Part shown: one piece after another, positions 8,308 to 15,617 of the stretch
Layout of the letters: every line of letters begins with the position of its first letter
Numbering within the stretch: position 1 is the stretch's first letter
Assembly: GCA_038400315.1 (NCBI GenBank)
Contig: CP151667.1
Span: 1,041,174-1,065,173 of the forward strand
DNA: 24,000 bases
Direction of reading: 5' to 3'
From: Isosphaeraceae bacterium EP7
Lineage (GTDB): Bacteria > Planctomycetota > Planctomycetia > Isosphaerales > Isosphaeraceae
Notes under the pieces: generated by a model
Databases searched by the model: none
The model's input: the letters and a program-made list of their open reading frames with translations, nothing else
Told to the model about the DNA's origin: nothing
Position numbers and translations under genes: made by a program

Positions 8308-9528
8308 ATGAGCGACGCGCCCGCCGTGGTCATCACCGGCATCGGCCTGATGACCGGCCTTGGCCCCGATCGAGAGTCGACCTGGTCGGCCGCATGCGCC
8401 GGCCGTTCGGCCGCGCGCTGGCTCGACGTCCCAGGCTTCGGCCCGGTCGTCGGCTGTCCGGTCGACCTGCCCGACCCCGGCGGTTCCAGGGCCCTCCGGC
8501 TGCTCGACCTCGCCGCCGTCGAGGCCTGGGCCGACGCCCGGCTCGATTCCGCAGGCGCCGATCCCGAACGGATCGCCACCCTCATCGGCCTGAGCAAGGG
8601 GTGCATCGATCGCCTGTCCGCGGCCCATGTCGGCCTGGTGTCCGGGAACAAGGGGCACGCGGCGGCGCTCTGGGCGGCGGCCTGGCCCGATGTCGGTGCC
8701 CGCCACGTCGCCCATCGATTCGGCCTGCTCGGCCCGAACCTGGCGCCGATCGCGGCCTGCGCCACCGGGCTCGTGGCCGTCCTCCAGGGCCGCGACCTGA
8801 TCCTCCGAGGCGCATGTGACGTCGCCCTGGCCGGCAGCGCCGATGCCTCGCTCGATCCACTCATCCTCGGTGCTTTCCGCCGGATGAAGGCCCTCGCCCT
8901 GGCCGCCGCCGACTCCGACCCCCGGATCCTCGCCCGCCCCTGGGATCGCGGTCGACGTGGCTTCGTCGTCGGCGAAGGGGCCGCCGTCCTGGTCCTGGAG
9001 CGAGCCGACCTGGCCCGCGCCCGAGGTGTCCTCCCCTACGTCGAACTGGCCGGCGGGGCGCTCGGCGCCGACGCCTATCATGAAACCGACCTGAATCCCG
9101 ACCCGACCGGCCTCGCCCGCCTGATCACCCTGGCGCTGGCCCGATCCGGCGTCTGCCGCGAGGAGGTCGACCACATCAACGTGCACGGCACCGGGACCCG
9201 GGTCAACGACCCCCTCGAATGCCGGGCGATCCGTAGGGCCTTCGGGGCAGACGCCGACCGAATCTCTTGCTCGGCCAACAAAGGCCAGATTGGCCACGCT
9301 CTGGGGGCCGCCGGCTCGGTCGAGCTTGCGTTGACCGCCCTGGCGATGCGCGACGGATTCATCCCGCCGACCCTGAATCTCGACGACCCCGACCCCGCGT
9401 GCGACCTCGACGGCACCCCACACGTCGGGCGATCGAGACCGATTCGCGCGGCGTTGAAGCTGTCGATCGGCTTCGGCGGCCACCTGGCGGCGGCGGTCCT
9501 CAAGCGTCCGGAAGGGCCGAGCCGTTGA
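8308..9528 (+). CDS. Beta-ketoacyl-ACP synthase, KAS I/II (FabF/FabB-like), embedded in the bio cluster
   Basis: A Cys-His-His triad appears present in 'PIAACATG', 'DAYHETD' and 'NVHGTGT'. Also has 'KGQIGHALGAAG' and 'GFGGH'. The stop overlaps the bioF start. Confidence 0.88.
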   Translation: MSDAPAVVITGIGLMTGLGPDRESTWSAACAGRSAARWLDVPGFGPVVGCPVDLPDPGGSRALRLLDLAAVEAWADARLDSAGADPERIATLIGLSKGCIDRLSAAHVGLVSGNKGHAAALWAAAWPDVGARHVAHRFGLLGPNLAPIAACATGLVAVLQGRDLILRGACDVALAGSADASLDPLILGAFRRMKALALAAADSDPRILARPWDRGRRGFVVGEGAAVLVLERADLARARGVLPYVELAGGALGADAYHETDLNPDPTGLARLITLALARSGVCREEVDHINVHGTGTRVNDPLECRAIRRAFGADADRISCSANKGQIGHALGAAGSVELALTALAMRDGFIPPTLNLDDPDPACDLDGTPHVGRSRPIRAALKLSIGFGGHLAAAVLKRPEGPSR

Positions 9529-10685
9529 ACGACCCGCTCGCCTGGATCGATGATGAGCTGGCCGCACTCTCCGCCAAGGGGCTCGACCGCCACCTCCGCC
9601 CGCTCGGCGGCGGGGCTCCTGGCCGAGTCGTCCACGACGGCCGGACCCTGATCAACTTCGCCTCCAACGACTACCTCGGCCTAGCCGCCGACCCCCGGCT
9701 GGCCGCCGCCGCCAACGAGGCCGCCGCGACATTCGGCTGGGGGGCCGGGGCAAGCCCGCTCGTCACGGGCTGGCGCGAGCCGCACGAGAAGCTCGCCGCC
9801 GATTTGGCCGCCTTCGAGGGCGCCGAGGCCGTGGCCCTCTTCCCCAGCGGGTTCGCCGCCAATCTCGGCACGATCGTGGCCTTGGTCGGTCCGGGGGACG
9901 CCGTTTACCTCGACCGCCTCAATCACGCCTGCCTGGTTGACGGAGCCCGCCTTTCGGGAGCCACCCTCCGCGTCTACCCCCATGCCGACGCCGACCGCCT
10001 GGCCCGCTCCCTTTCACGAGACGTAGGCCGATTCCGCCGGATCCTGATCGCCACCGACGGCGTTTTCAGCATGGACGGCGACCTCGCGCCCCTGCCTCGC
10101 CTGGCCGACCTGGCCGACGAGTTCGGGGCGATGCTGCTCGTCGACGAGGCCCACGGCACCGGGCTCCTCGGCCCGACCGGGCGCGGCTCCGCCGAGCTTC
10201 TGGGCGTCTCCGACCGCGTCTCGATCAAGGTCGGCACCCTGTCGAAAGCTCTGGGATCGGTGGGGGGATTCGTCGCTGGCTCGGGGCGGCTAGTCGACTT
10301 TCTCATCAACCGGGCCCGGCCGCTCATCTACTCGACGGGCCTCCCCCCGGCCGCCGCCGCCGCCGCGAGCGAGGCCCTCTGCATCTCGATTTCCGAACCC
10401 TGGCGGCGTGCTCACGCGCTCGAACTGGCCGATCGGTTTCGCACCGCGATGGTGGCCCCGGGCCAGAACGTGGGCGACTCGCGGTCGGCGATCGTCCCGG
10501 TCTTGATCGGCGACGAGCGCGAGACGCTTGCTCTGGCAGGCCGCCTCAAGGAGCGAGGCCTGCTCGTCGGCGCAATCCGCCCGCCGACCGTCCCGCGTGG
10601 CACGTCACGACTCAGATTGGGTTTCTGCGCCTCGCACACCGATGGCGACCTGGCCGCCCTCCTGGGCGCCATCGGCGCCATATGA
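9525..10685 (+). CDS. bioF: 8-amino-7-oxononanoate synthase
   Basis: In frame with ORF 9267..10685. TTG 9525 overlaps the KAS stop (TTGA). Supporting blocks are 'SNDYLGL', 'DEAHGTG' and 'GTLSKALGSVGG' (PLP lysine). Confidence 0.9.
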   Translation: MNDPLAWIDDELAALSAKGLDRHLRPLGGGAPGRVVHDGRTLINFASNDYLGLAADPRLAAAANEAAATFGWGAGASPLVTGWREPHEKLAADLAAFEGAEAVALFPSGFAANLGTIVALVGPGDAVYLDRLNHACLVDGARLSGATLRVYPHADADRLARSLSRDVGRFRRILIATDGVFSMDGDLAPLPRLADLADEFGAMLLVDEAHGTGLLGPTGRGSAELLGVSDRVSIKVGTLSKALGSVGGFVAGSGRLVDFLINRARPLIYSTGLPPAAAAAASEALCISISEPWRRAHALELADRFRTAMVAPGQNVGDSRSAIVPVLIGDERETLALAGRLKERGLLVGAIRPPTVPRGTSRLRLGFCASHTDGDLAALLGAIGAI

Positions 10686-10736
10686 TCTGATGGCGAGCCT
10701 GCCACGCCTCGAAATTTGCACCCGGAGTGACACGCA

Positions 10737-11867
10737 ATGGATTGGGCGGCGATCCGCCGAGATGAGTTCCCCGTGGCCCGCAAGTGGGCCTACTTCGACC
10801 ACGCCGCGGTGGCACCCCTGCCACGCCGGTCGGGCAACGCCCTGCGCCGATGGGTCGACGGGCAGGAGACCGACGCGGTGGTCCTGTGGACCCACTGGCA
10901 GAAGCACCTCGAAGAGACCCGCCTGCGTGCCGCACGACTCATCAACGCCGACGCCGGCGAGGTCGCGTTCGTCGCCAGCACCACGCTGGGCATCGGCCTG
11001 GTCGCCGAGGGATTCCCCTGGCGCGACGGCGACAGCGTGATCTCGGCCGCCGACGAATACCCGTCCAACGTCTATCCCTGGATGAATCTGGCGTCGCGAG
11101 GAGTGACCCTTCGCAGGGTGGCCGCGCGCGACGGCCGGATCCAGCCCGAGGACATCGAGGCGGCCATCGACGGCACCACCCGCGTGCTCGCGATCAGCTT
11201 CGTCGAGTTCTCCACCGGCTTCCGCAACGACCTGGACGTCCTCTCCGAGATCTGCAAGAGGCGCGGCGTCGCCCTGCTCGTCGACGCGATCCAGGGGCTA
11301 GGGCCGCTGACCCTCGACGTGAAGCGAACGCCGATCGACTTCCTCTCTGCCGACGGCCACAAATGGCTGCTCGGTCCCGAAGGGGCCGGAATCCTCTACG
11401 TCCGCCGCGAATGGATCGAACAGCTCCGATGCCTGGGCACGCTGGGTGCCCACAGCGTGGTCGACGCCCATGCGTATTCCGGCGACAATTTCACCCTCAA
11501 GCCCGACGCCAGGCGCTGGGAGGGGGGGTGCTACAACATGGCCGGCATCCAGGCGTTCGGCCAGAGCCTCGCGCTCTTCGAGGAGATCGGCTTCGACGCC
11601 GTCTCGGCCCGGATCCTCGACCGCGCCGACGCCGTCCGCGAGGTGGCCCGGGCCCGGGGCTGGACCGTCTTCGGGTCCAGCAAGCCGGCCGATTGCGCGG
11701 GCATCGTCTCGCTGTCCAGGGCGGGTGTCGACCCCGAGTCGATCGTCCGGCACGGGCGCGAGACCGGCGTGGTCGTCTCATGCCGGGCGGGCCGGCTCCG
11801 CGTCAGCCCCCACATTTATAACGACGACGACGACCTGGGCCGGCTCGGCGAGCTGCTCGGGAGTTGA
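10737..11867 (+). CDS. Class V aminotransferase-fold PLP enzyme (cysteine desulfurase-like)
   Basis: 'FLSADGHKWLLGPEGAGILYV' carries the PLP-lysine context. An ATG start is preceded by 'ggagtga'. The gene begins 51 nt after bioF. Confidence 0.85.
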   Translation: MDWAAIRRDEFPVARKWAYFDHAAVAPLPRRSGNALRRWVDGQETDAVVLWTHWQKHLEETRLRAARLINADAGEVAFVASTTLGIGLVAEGFPWRDGDSVISAADEYPSNVYPWMNLASRGVTLRRVAARDGRIQPEDIEAAIDGTTRVLAISFVEFSTGFRNDLDVLSEICKRRGVALLVDAIQGLGPLTLDVKRTPIDFLSADGHKWLLGPEGAGILYVRREWIEQLRCLGTLGAHSVVDAHAYSGDNFTLKPDARRWEGGCYNMAGIQAFGQSLALFEEIGFDAVSARILDRADAVREVARARGWTVFGSSKPADCAGIVSLSRAGVDPESIVRHGRETGVVVSCRAGRLRVSPHIYNDDDDLGRLGELLGS

Positions 11868-11908
11868 CGACGCGGACCGATCGAAGCACGAACCAGGAAC
11901 CAAGACCC

Positions 11909-12427
11909 ATGCGCCCGACGTCCGCACGAACGGCCGTCTTCACCGGCACGTTCGACCCCCTGACCCTCGGCCACCTCGACGTCATTCGCCGGGGACGACT
12001 CCTCTTCGACCACCTGTTCGTTGGCATCGGCGTGAACCCGAGCAAGCCGACCCTCTTCGATGTCGACGAGCGAGTCTCGCTGGCCACGCGCGTGGTGGCC
12101 CCCTACGACAACGTCACGGTCGAGGCCTTTGAGGATCTGGCCGTCCACTTCGTCCGCCGCCTGGGCGCCCGCGTCATCCTCCGCGGGGTGCGTACGCTCT
12201 CCGACATGGAGTATGAGTTCAGCATGTCGCTGACCAACGCCCGGCTCGACCCCGAGGTCGAGACGGTCTTTCTGATGGCCGACGGCGAGTACTCGCACGT
12301 CTCCAGCTCTCTCATCAAGCAGGTCGCTCGCCACGGCGGCGGCGACGCCCTGGGCAAGTTTGTCCCCCATGAGCTGGTCTCGCCCATCCTGGAGCGGATC
12401 CGGCTTACTTCCAGTCGCGGGGGATGA
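11909..12427 (+). CDS. coaD: Pantetheine-phosphate adenylyltransferase
   Basis: Has 'AVFTGTFDPLTLGHLDVI' (the T/HxGH nucleotidyltransferase motif) and 'HVSSSLIKQV'. The ORF start at 11864 is TTG, so ATG 11909 is preferred. Confidence 0.9.
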   Translation: MRPTSARTAVFTGTFDPLTLGHLDVIRRGRLLFDHLFVGIGVNPSKPTLFDVDERVSLATRVVAPYDNVTVEAFEDLAVHFVRRLGARVILRGVRTLSDMEYEFSMSLTNARLDPEVETVFLMADGEYSHVSSSLIKQVARHGGGDALGKFVPHELVSPILERIRLTSSRGG

Positions 12428-13124
12428 GCAGGTCGCGCGACCACTGCTTCACCCCGAGCTGTTGTGCGTGCAGCGCCTCGCGGAAGCTCCGGAACGCCAT
12501 CCAGGCCTGGTCGGCCGTGGGGTAGGACAGCCAGGCGCTGAAGTCACCCTCGTCGATCCTGGACAGAGACGACTGGCTGCGCGTGGCCACGATCATCTCG
12601 TCGAAGATCGTGTCGAGGATCTCGAGCGTATCGCCCCGCTCGTCGGGGGGCACTGCGGCGGCCGGGTCGGGCCAGGTGACGTACAGGCAGCAGCTCAGGC
12701 TTCGGCCGTCGACCTCGTTGGGCTGGAAGATCCAGGAATTCAGGGCGTCATACCGGGCCCAGAGGATCTCAATGCCCACCACGTCGGCCGGGTCATCCAT
12801 CTTGTCGGCGAGCCCGTGGCGCACCGTCTCGCTGGACGACCTCCGCTCGGTCCGGGCCGGCTCTTCTGGCGCGGGCCTCGTCGGGGTCGGCCTTGAGGGG
12901 GCTCCCGGCTGCTGGGTGGCCCGCGTCACCCGCGCGGCGCTCATGATCTCGTAGGCCTGGTAGAGAACCCGGAAGGCCCAGGCTTCGCCGCCGACGTCGG
13001 GGTGATGGATCTTCGACTTCAGCCGATAGGCGTCGCGAATCTCCTGCAGCGAAGCATCGGAGGAGATGCCCAGGATGTCGCTCGGGTCGAGCTGGAAGCT
13101 GTGGATCGGCACTGCGTGACGCAC
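12405..13124 (-). CDS. J-domain protein with an uncharacterised C-terminal domain
   Basis: 'DPSDILGISSDASLQEIRDAYRLKSKIHHPDVGG' carries the HPD tripeptide. The C-terminal ~130 aa show no motif I recognise. The start is GTG. This is the last gene of the mcs operon. It overlaps the coaD 3' end by 23 nt in convergent orientation. Confidence 0.8.
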   Translation of the reverse strand: MRHAVPIHSFQLDPSDILGISSDASLQEIRDAYRLKSKIHHPDVGGEAWAFRVLYQAYEIMSAARVTRATQQPGAPSRPTPTRPAPEEPARTERRSSSETVRHGLADKMDDPADVVGIEILWARYDALNSWIFQPNEVDGRSLSCCLYVTWPDPAAAVPPDERGDTLEILDTIFDEMIVATRSQSSLSRIDEGDFSAWLSYPTADQAWMAFRSFREALHAQQLGVKQWSRDLLIPRDWK

Positions 13125-13175
13125 TCCTCATCATCCGGCCGAACGGGGGGATGTCGGGCCCCCGTCGGCGTCGGT

Positions 13176-14243
13176 TCACTCGGTTTCGGGGAGCCGGCCG
13201 TTGCCTAGCTTGGTGCGGAGATATGACGCCCGGGCGATGTTACGCTCATCGCTGCTCAGCTCGGCCCCCTGGAGCCGCTGGAGGTGGGCCGGCTGCGTGT
13301 GGATGAACAGCTCGTTGACGGTCGGAATTTCCAGGTCGTCGATCAAGCCTAGGTTAATTCCGAGCCGGACGCTGGAGAGCAGCAGCATCGTCTCCTCGCT
13401 GGAGATCTGGTGCGCCGTCTTAAGCTGGCCGTAGGCGCGGCTCACCTTGTCCAGCAGCTGGTTCCGCTTCTCGCCCAGCAGCGCCTGCCTGGCCTGGCGC
13501 TCGTAGGTGATGATCTGCGGGATGACGTCGTTGAGGTTCCTGATCAGCTCCAGCTCGCTCTTGCCCAGGGTCTGCTGGTTGGAGATCTGATAGAAGTCGC
13601 CGAACGCCTGCGTCCCCTCGCCGTAGAGCCCGCGCACCGCCAGGTTGATCTTCTGCAGTGCCCGGAAGACCTTCTCGATCTGCTTCGTCTCGACCAGGCC
13701 CGGAAGGTGCAGCATCACGCCCACCCTGATCCCGGTCCCGACGTTGGTGGGGCAGGCCGTCAGGTAGCCGAGCTGCGGGCTGAAGGCGTAGTCGAGCCGC
13801 GCCTCGATCTGGTCGTCGAGCCGGTTGATCCGGTCCCAGACGTCGTGCAGCGAGAGGCCCGAGAGCATCACCTGGATGCGGAGGTGGTCCTCCTCATTGA
13901 CCATGATCGAGATGTTCTCGCGCGGGCCGATGGCCACGCCACGCGGCCAGTCGGCCGCCTGGTGCTCGCGGGAGATCAGCTGCCGCTCGACGAGGAATTG
14001 CCGGTTCAGCGAGCTCATCCCGTTGACGTCGAGGTACGACAGCTCCAGCTCGCCGGGCTGGATGATCTTCGACTTGAAGGTCGCCTCGATCTCGGCCTTC
14101 TCGCCGCGGCTGGCGCGGTTGATGAACGGGAAATCGGCCAGGTTCCGGGCCAGGCGGATCCTCGAGCACATGACGATGTCGCTCTCGGGGCCCGAGCCCC
14201 TGAGCCACTCGCCGGAAGTCCCTGTCAGGTCATCCAGGTTCAT
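13176..14243 (-). CDS. mcsB: Protein arginine kinase (ATP:guanido phosphotransferase)
   Basis: Has 'NEEDHLRIQ' and 'CPTNVGTGIRVGVMLHLPGL'. The start overlaps the upstream stop (ATGA at 14240-14243). Confidence 0.9.
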   Translation of the reverse strand: MNLDDLTGTSGEWLRGSGPESDIVMCSRIRLARNLADFPFINRASRGEKAEIEATFKSKIIQPGELELSYLDVNGMSSLNRQFLVERQLISREHQAADWPRGVAIGPRENISIMVNEEDHLRIQVMLSGLSLHDVWDRINRLDDQIEARLDYAFSPQLGYLTACPTNVGTGIRVGVMLHLPGLVETKQIEKVFRALQKINLAVRGLYGEGTQAFGDFYQISNQQTLGKSELELIRNLNDVIPQIITYERQARQALLGEKRNQLLDKVSRAYGQLKTAHQISSEETMLLLSSVRLGINLGLIDDLEIPTVNELFIHTQPAHLQRLQGAELSSDERNIARASYLRTKLGNGRLPETE

Positions 14244-14728
14244 TCGTCGCCGTCCTCGAGGCGGAGTTGGTCGCGGAGTCGCGCGGCCTGTTCATAATCC
14301 TCGCGGGCGATCGCCCGACGCAAGAGGGATCGCAGCCGGAGCCGGTCGACACCGCGGGCCGGCCGCCTCGGCCGTTTGCCCACGTGACGGGTGGCCCCCT
14401 GCGTGCGACCCAGGATCGGGATCAGGCCGATCGAGAACGCCTCGTAGTCCCGCGGGCAGCCGAGCCGGCCGCCGCGGCGGAATTCCATGAACTTCAAGCC
14501 GCAATCCGGGCAGGTCAGCGCGGCCACCTCGCCGACGAGCTCGCCGACGTGCGCCAGGATCAGGCCCTGCACCACCCCCTCCAGAGGGAGCGGGGGGACT
14601 TCCTCCGCGGCGATCAGGCCCGCCCGGCGGGCGCACGGGCCGCACAGGTGAATTTCGCGCCGCCGGCCCTCGACGGTCTCGGTCACGTGGACCGTCGCCG
14701 TCTCGGTGCAACGCTGGCAAGTCGTCAT
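14240..14728 (-). CDS. mcsA: McsA-like activator (zinc-finger pairs plus a UVR motif)
   Basis: Has 'CQRCTETA...LCGPCA' and 'CPDCGLKFMEFRRGGRLGCPRDY'. The C-terminal UVR-like block is 'AIAREDYEQAARLRDQL'. Confidence 0.85.
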   Translation of the reverse strand: MTTCQRCTETATVHVTETVEGRRREIHLCGPCARRAGLIAAEEVPPLPLEGVVQGLILAHVGELVGEVAALTCPDCGLKFMEFRRGGRLGCPRDYEAFSIGLIPILGRTQGATRHVGKRPRRPARGVDRLRLRSLLRRAIAREDYEQAARLRDQLRLEDGDE

Positions 14729-14781
14729 TTGGTCGCGCCGTCGGCCCTGGAAGGGGGGAGGGGGGAGCGTTAATGGGAAGC

Positions 14782-15285
14782 TCAGCGGCCCTGCTCCCGC
14801 TCAATTTCCTTGATCTTATCGCGTAGCCGGGCGGCGGCCTCGTAATCTTCGGTCTCCACCACCCGCTTCAGGTCGTTCCGAAGCTGGATCAGCTTGACCT
14901 GGTCCTGGTTCGACCGAGGAGACCGCCTGGGCACCTTGCCCGCGTGCCTGGTCTCCTCGTGGATATTCTCCAGCAGGGGCATCAGGTCGTCGCGGAAGAC
15001 CACGTAATCGTACGGGCATCCCAGCCTGCCGGTATTGCGGAACTCCTGGAATGTGATCTGGCAGACCGGGCACGTCTGCTTCTCCTGCGCGGGGGCAGTC
15101 CCCATGCCGCCCGGGGCGATCAGCTTCTGCGCCACCTTGCCGATGTCGGTCAACTCGGCCGCCTCCTCGGCGGGCGCCAGATGCTGCTTGGCGTGCTCAT
15201 CGCAGAAATGAAACTCGTGCGCCTTGCCCCGCTCGATGTCCGTGATGTGGAACGTGGCGGACTTGGAGCATTTCTGGCACTTCAT
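14782..15285 (-). CDS. Second McsA-like paralog (zinc-finger pairs plus a UVR motif)
   Basis: ATG 15285 (MKCQKC) is preceded by 'cggaggaa'. Has 'CQKCSKSA...FCDEHA', 'CPVCQITFQEFRNTGRLGCPYDY' and 'VETEDYEAAARLRDKI'. ORF 14782..15435 is longer, but its N-terminal extension is low-complexity. Confidence 0.85.
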   Translation of the reverse strand: MKCQKCSKSATFHITDIERGKAHEFHFCDEHAKQHLAPAEEAAELTDIGKVAQKLIAPGGMGTAPAQEKQTCPVCQITFQEFRNTGRLGCPYDYVVFRDDLMPLLENIHEETRHAGKVPRRSPRSNQDQVKLIQLRNDLKRVVETEDYEAAARLRDKIKEIEREQGR

Positions 15286-15439
15286 CCCCAGGTTCCTCCG
15301 GCCGGGCCCGGGGCTCCACCCCGACGCGACCCAGGCCCGACGCGTCCCCGGGGACGCACGCCGGGCCAGCCCACAGTCGAGCGAGGAGGCCGCAAAGCTC
15401 CGAGTCCCTATTCTAGGCCCCAGGCCCATCTTCAATCAA

Positions 15440-15490
15440 CCGGATGGCGCCCGCCCCCGCGCGAACCTGCCCGCAAACGTGGCCATCCGG
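15440..15490. promoter_or_regulatory. 9-bp perfect inverted repeat (ccggatggc ... gccatccgg) in the divergent mcsA / trpE intergenic region
   Basis: The arms lie at 15440-15448 and 15482-15490, separated by 33 nt. The function is unknown. Confidence 0.3.
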
Positions 15491-15530
15491 AATCATCGGA
15501 CCACGCCGCAGCAGGCACCTTGCCGCTCGG

Positions 15531-15560
15531 TTGCCGCCCCCCCTCGGCCCCTGCTATCAT
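15531..15560 (+). promoter_or_regulatory. Candidate sigma70-type promoter for trpE
   Basis: TTGCCG (15531-15536), an 18-nt spacer, then TATCAT (15555-15560), about 58 nt upstream of the trpE ATG. This rests on a pattern match only. Confidence 0.25.
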
Positions 15561-15617
15561 CGCCCGGCCGTCCGACCCCGCGCGGCCGATCAGTCAGTTC
15601 GGGAAGGACTCGCCTCG

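Noticed and set aside
7141-9567. 808-aa ORF antisense to bioB and the KAS gene
   Set aside because: It has a low-complexity Gly/Ala/Arg/Asp-rich translation and lies fully opposite two genes with strong family motifs. This is a typical long spurious ORF in roughly 70% GC DNA.
12405-12427. 23-nt convergent coding overlap of coaD and the J-domain gene as a regulatory feature
   Set aside because: Short 3'-3' overlaps are common in compact GC-rich genomes. No structure or motif is apparent.
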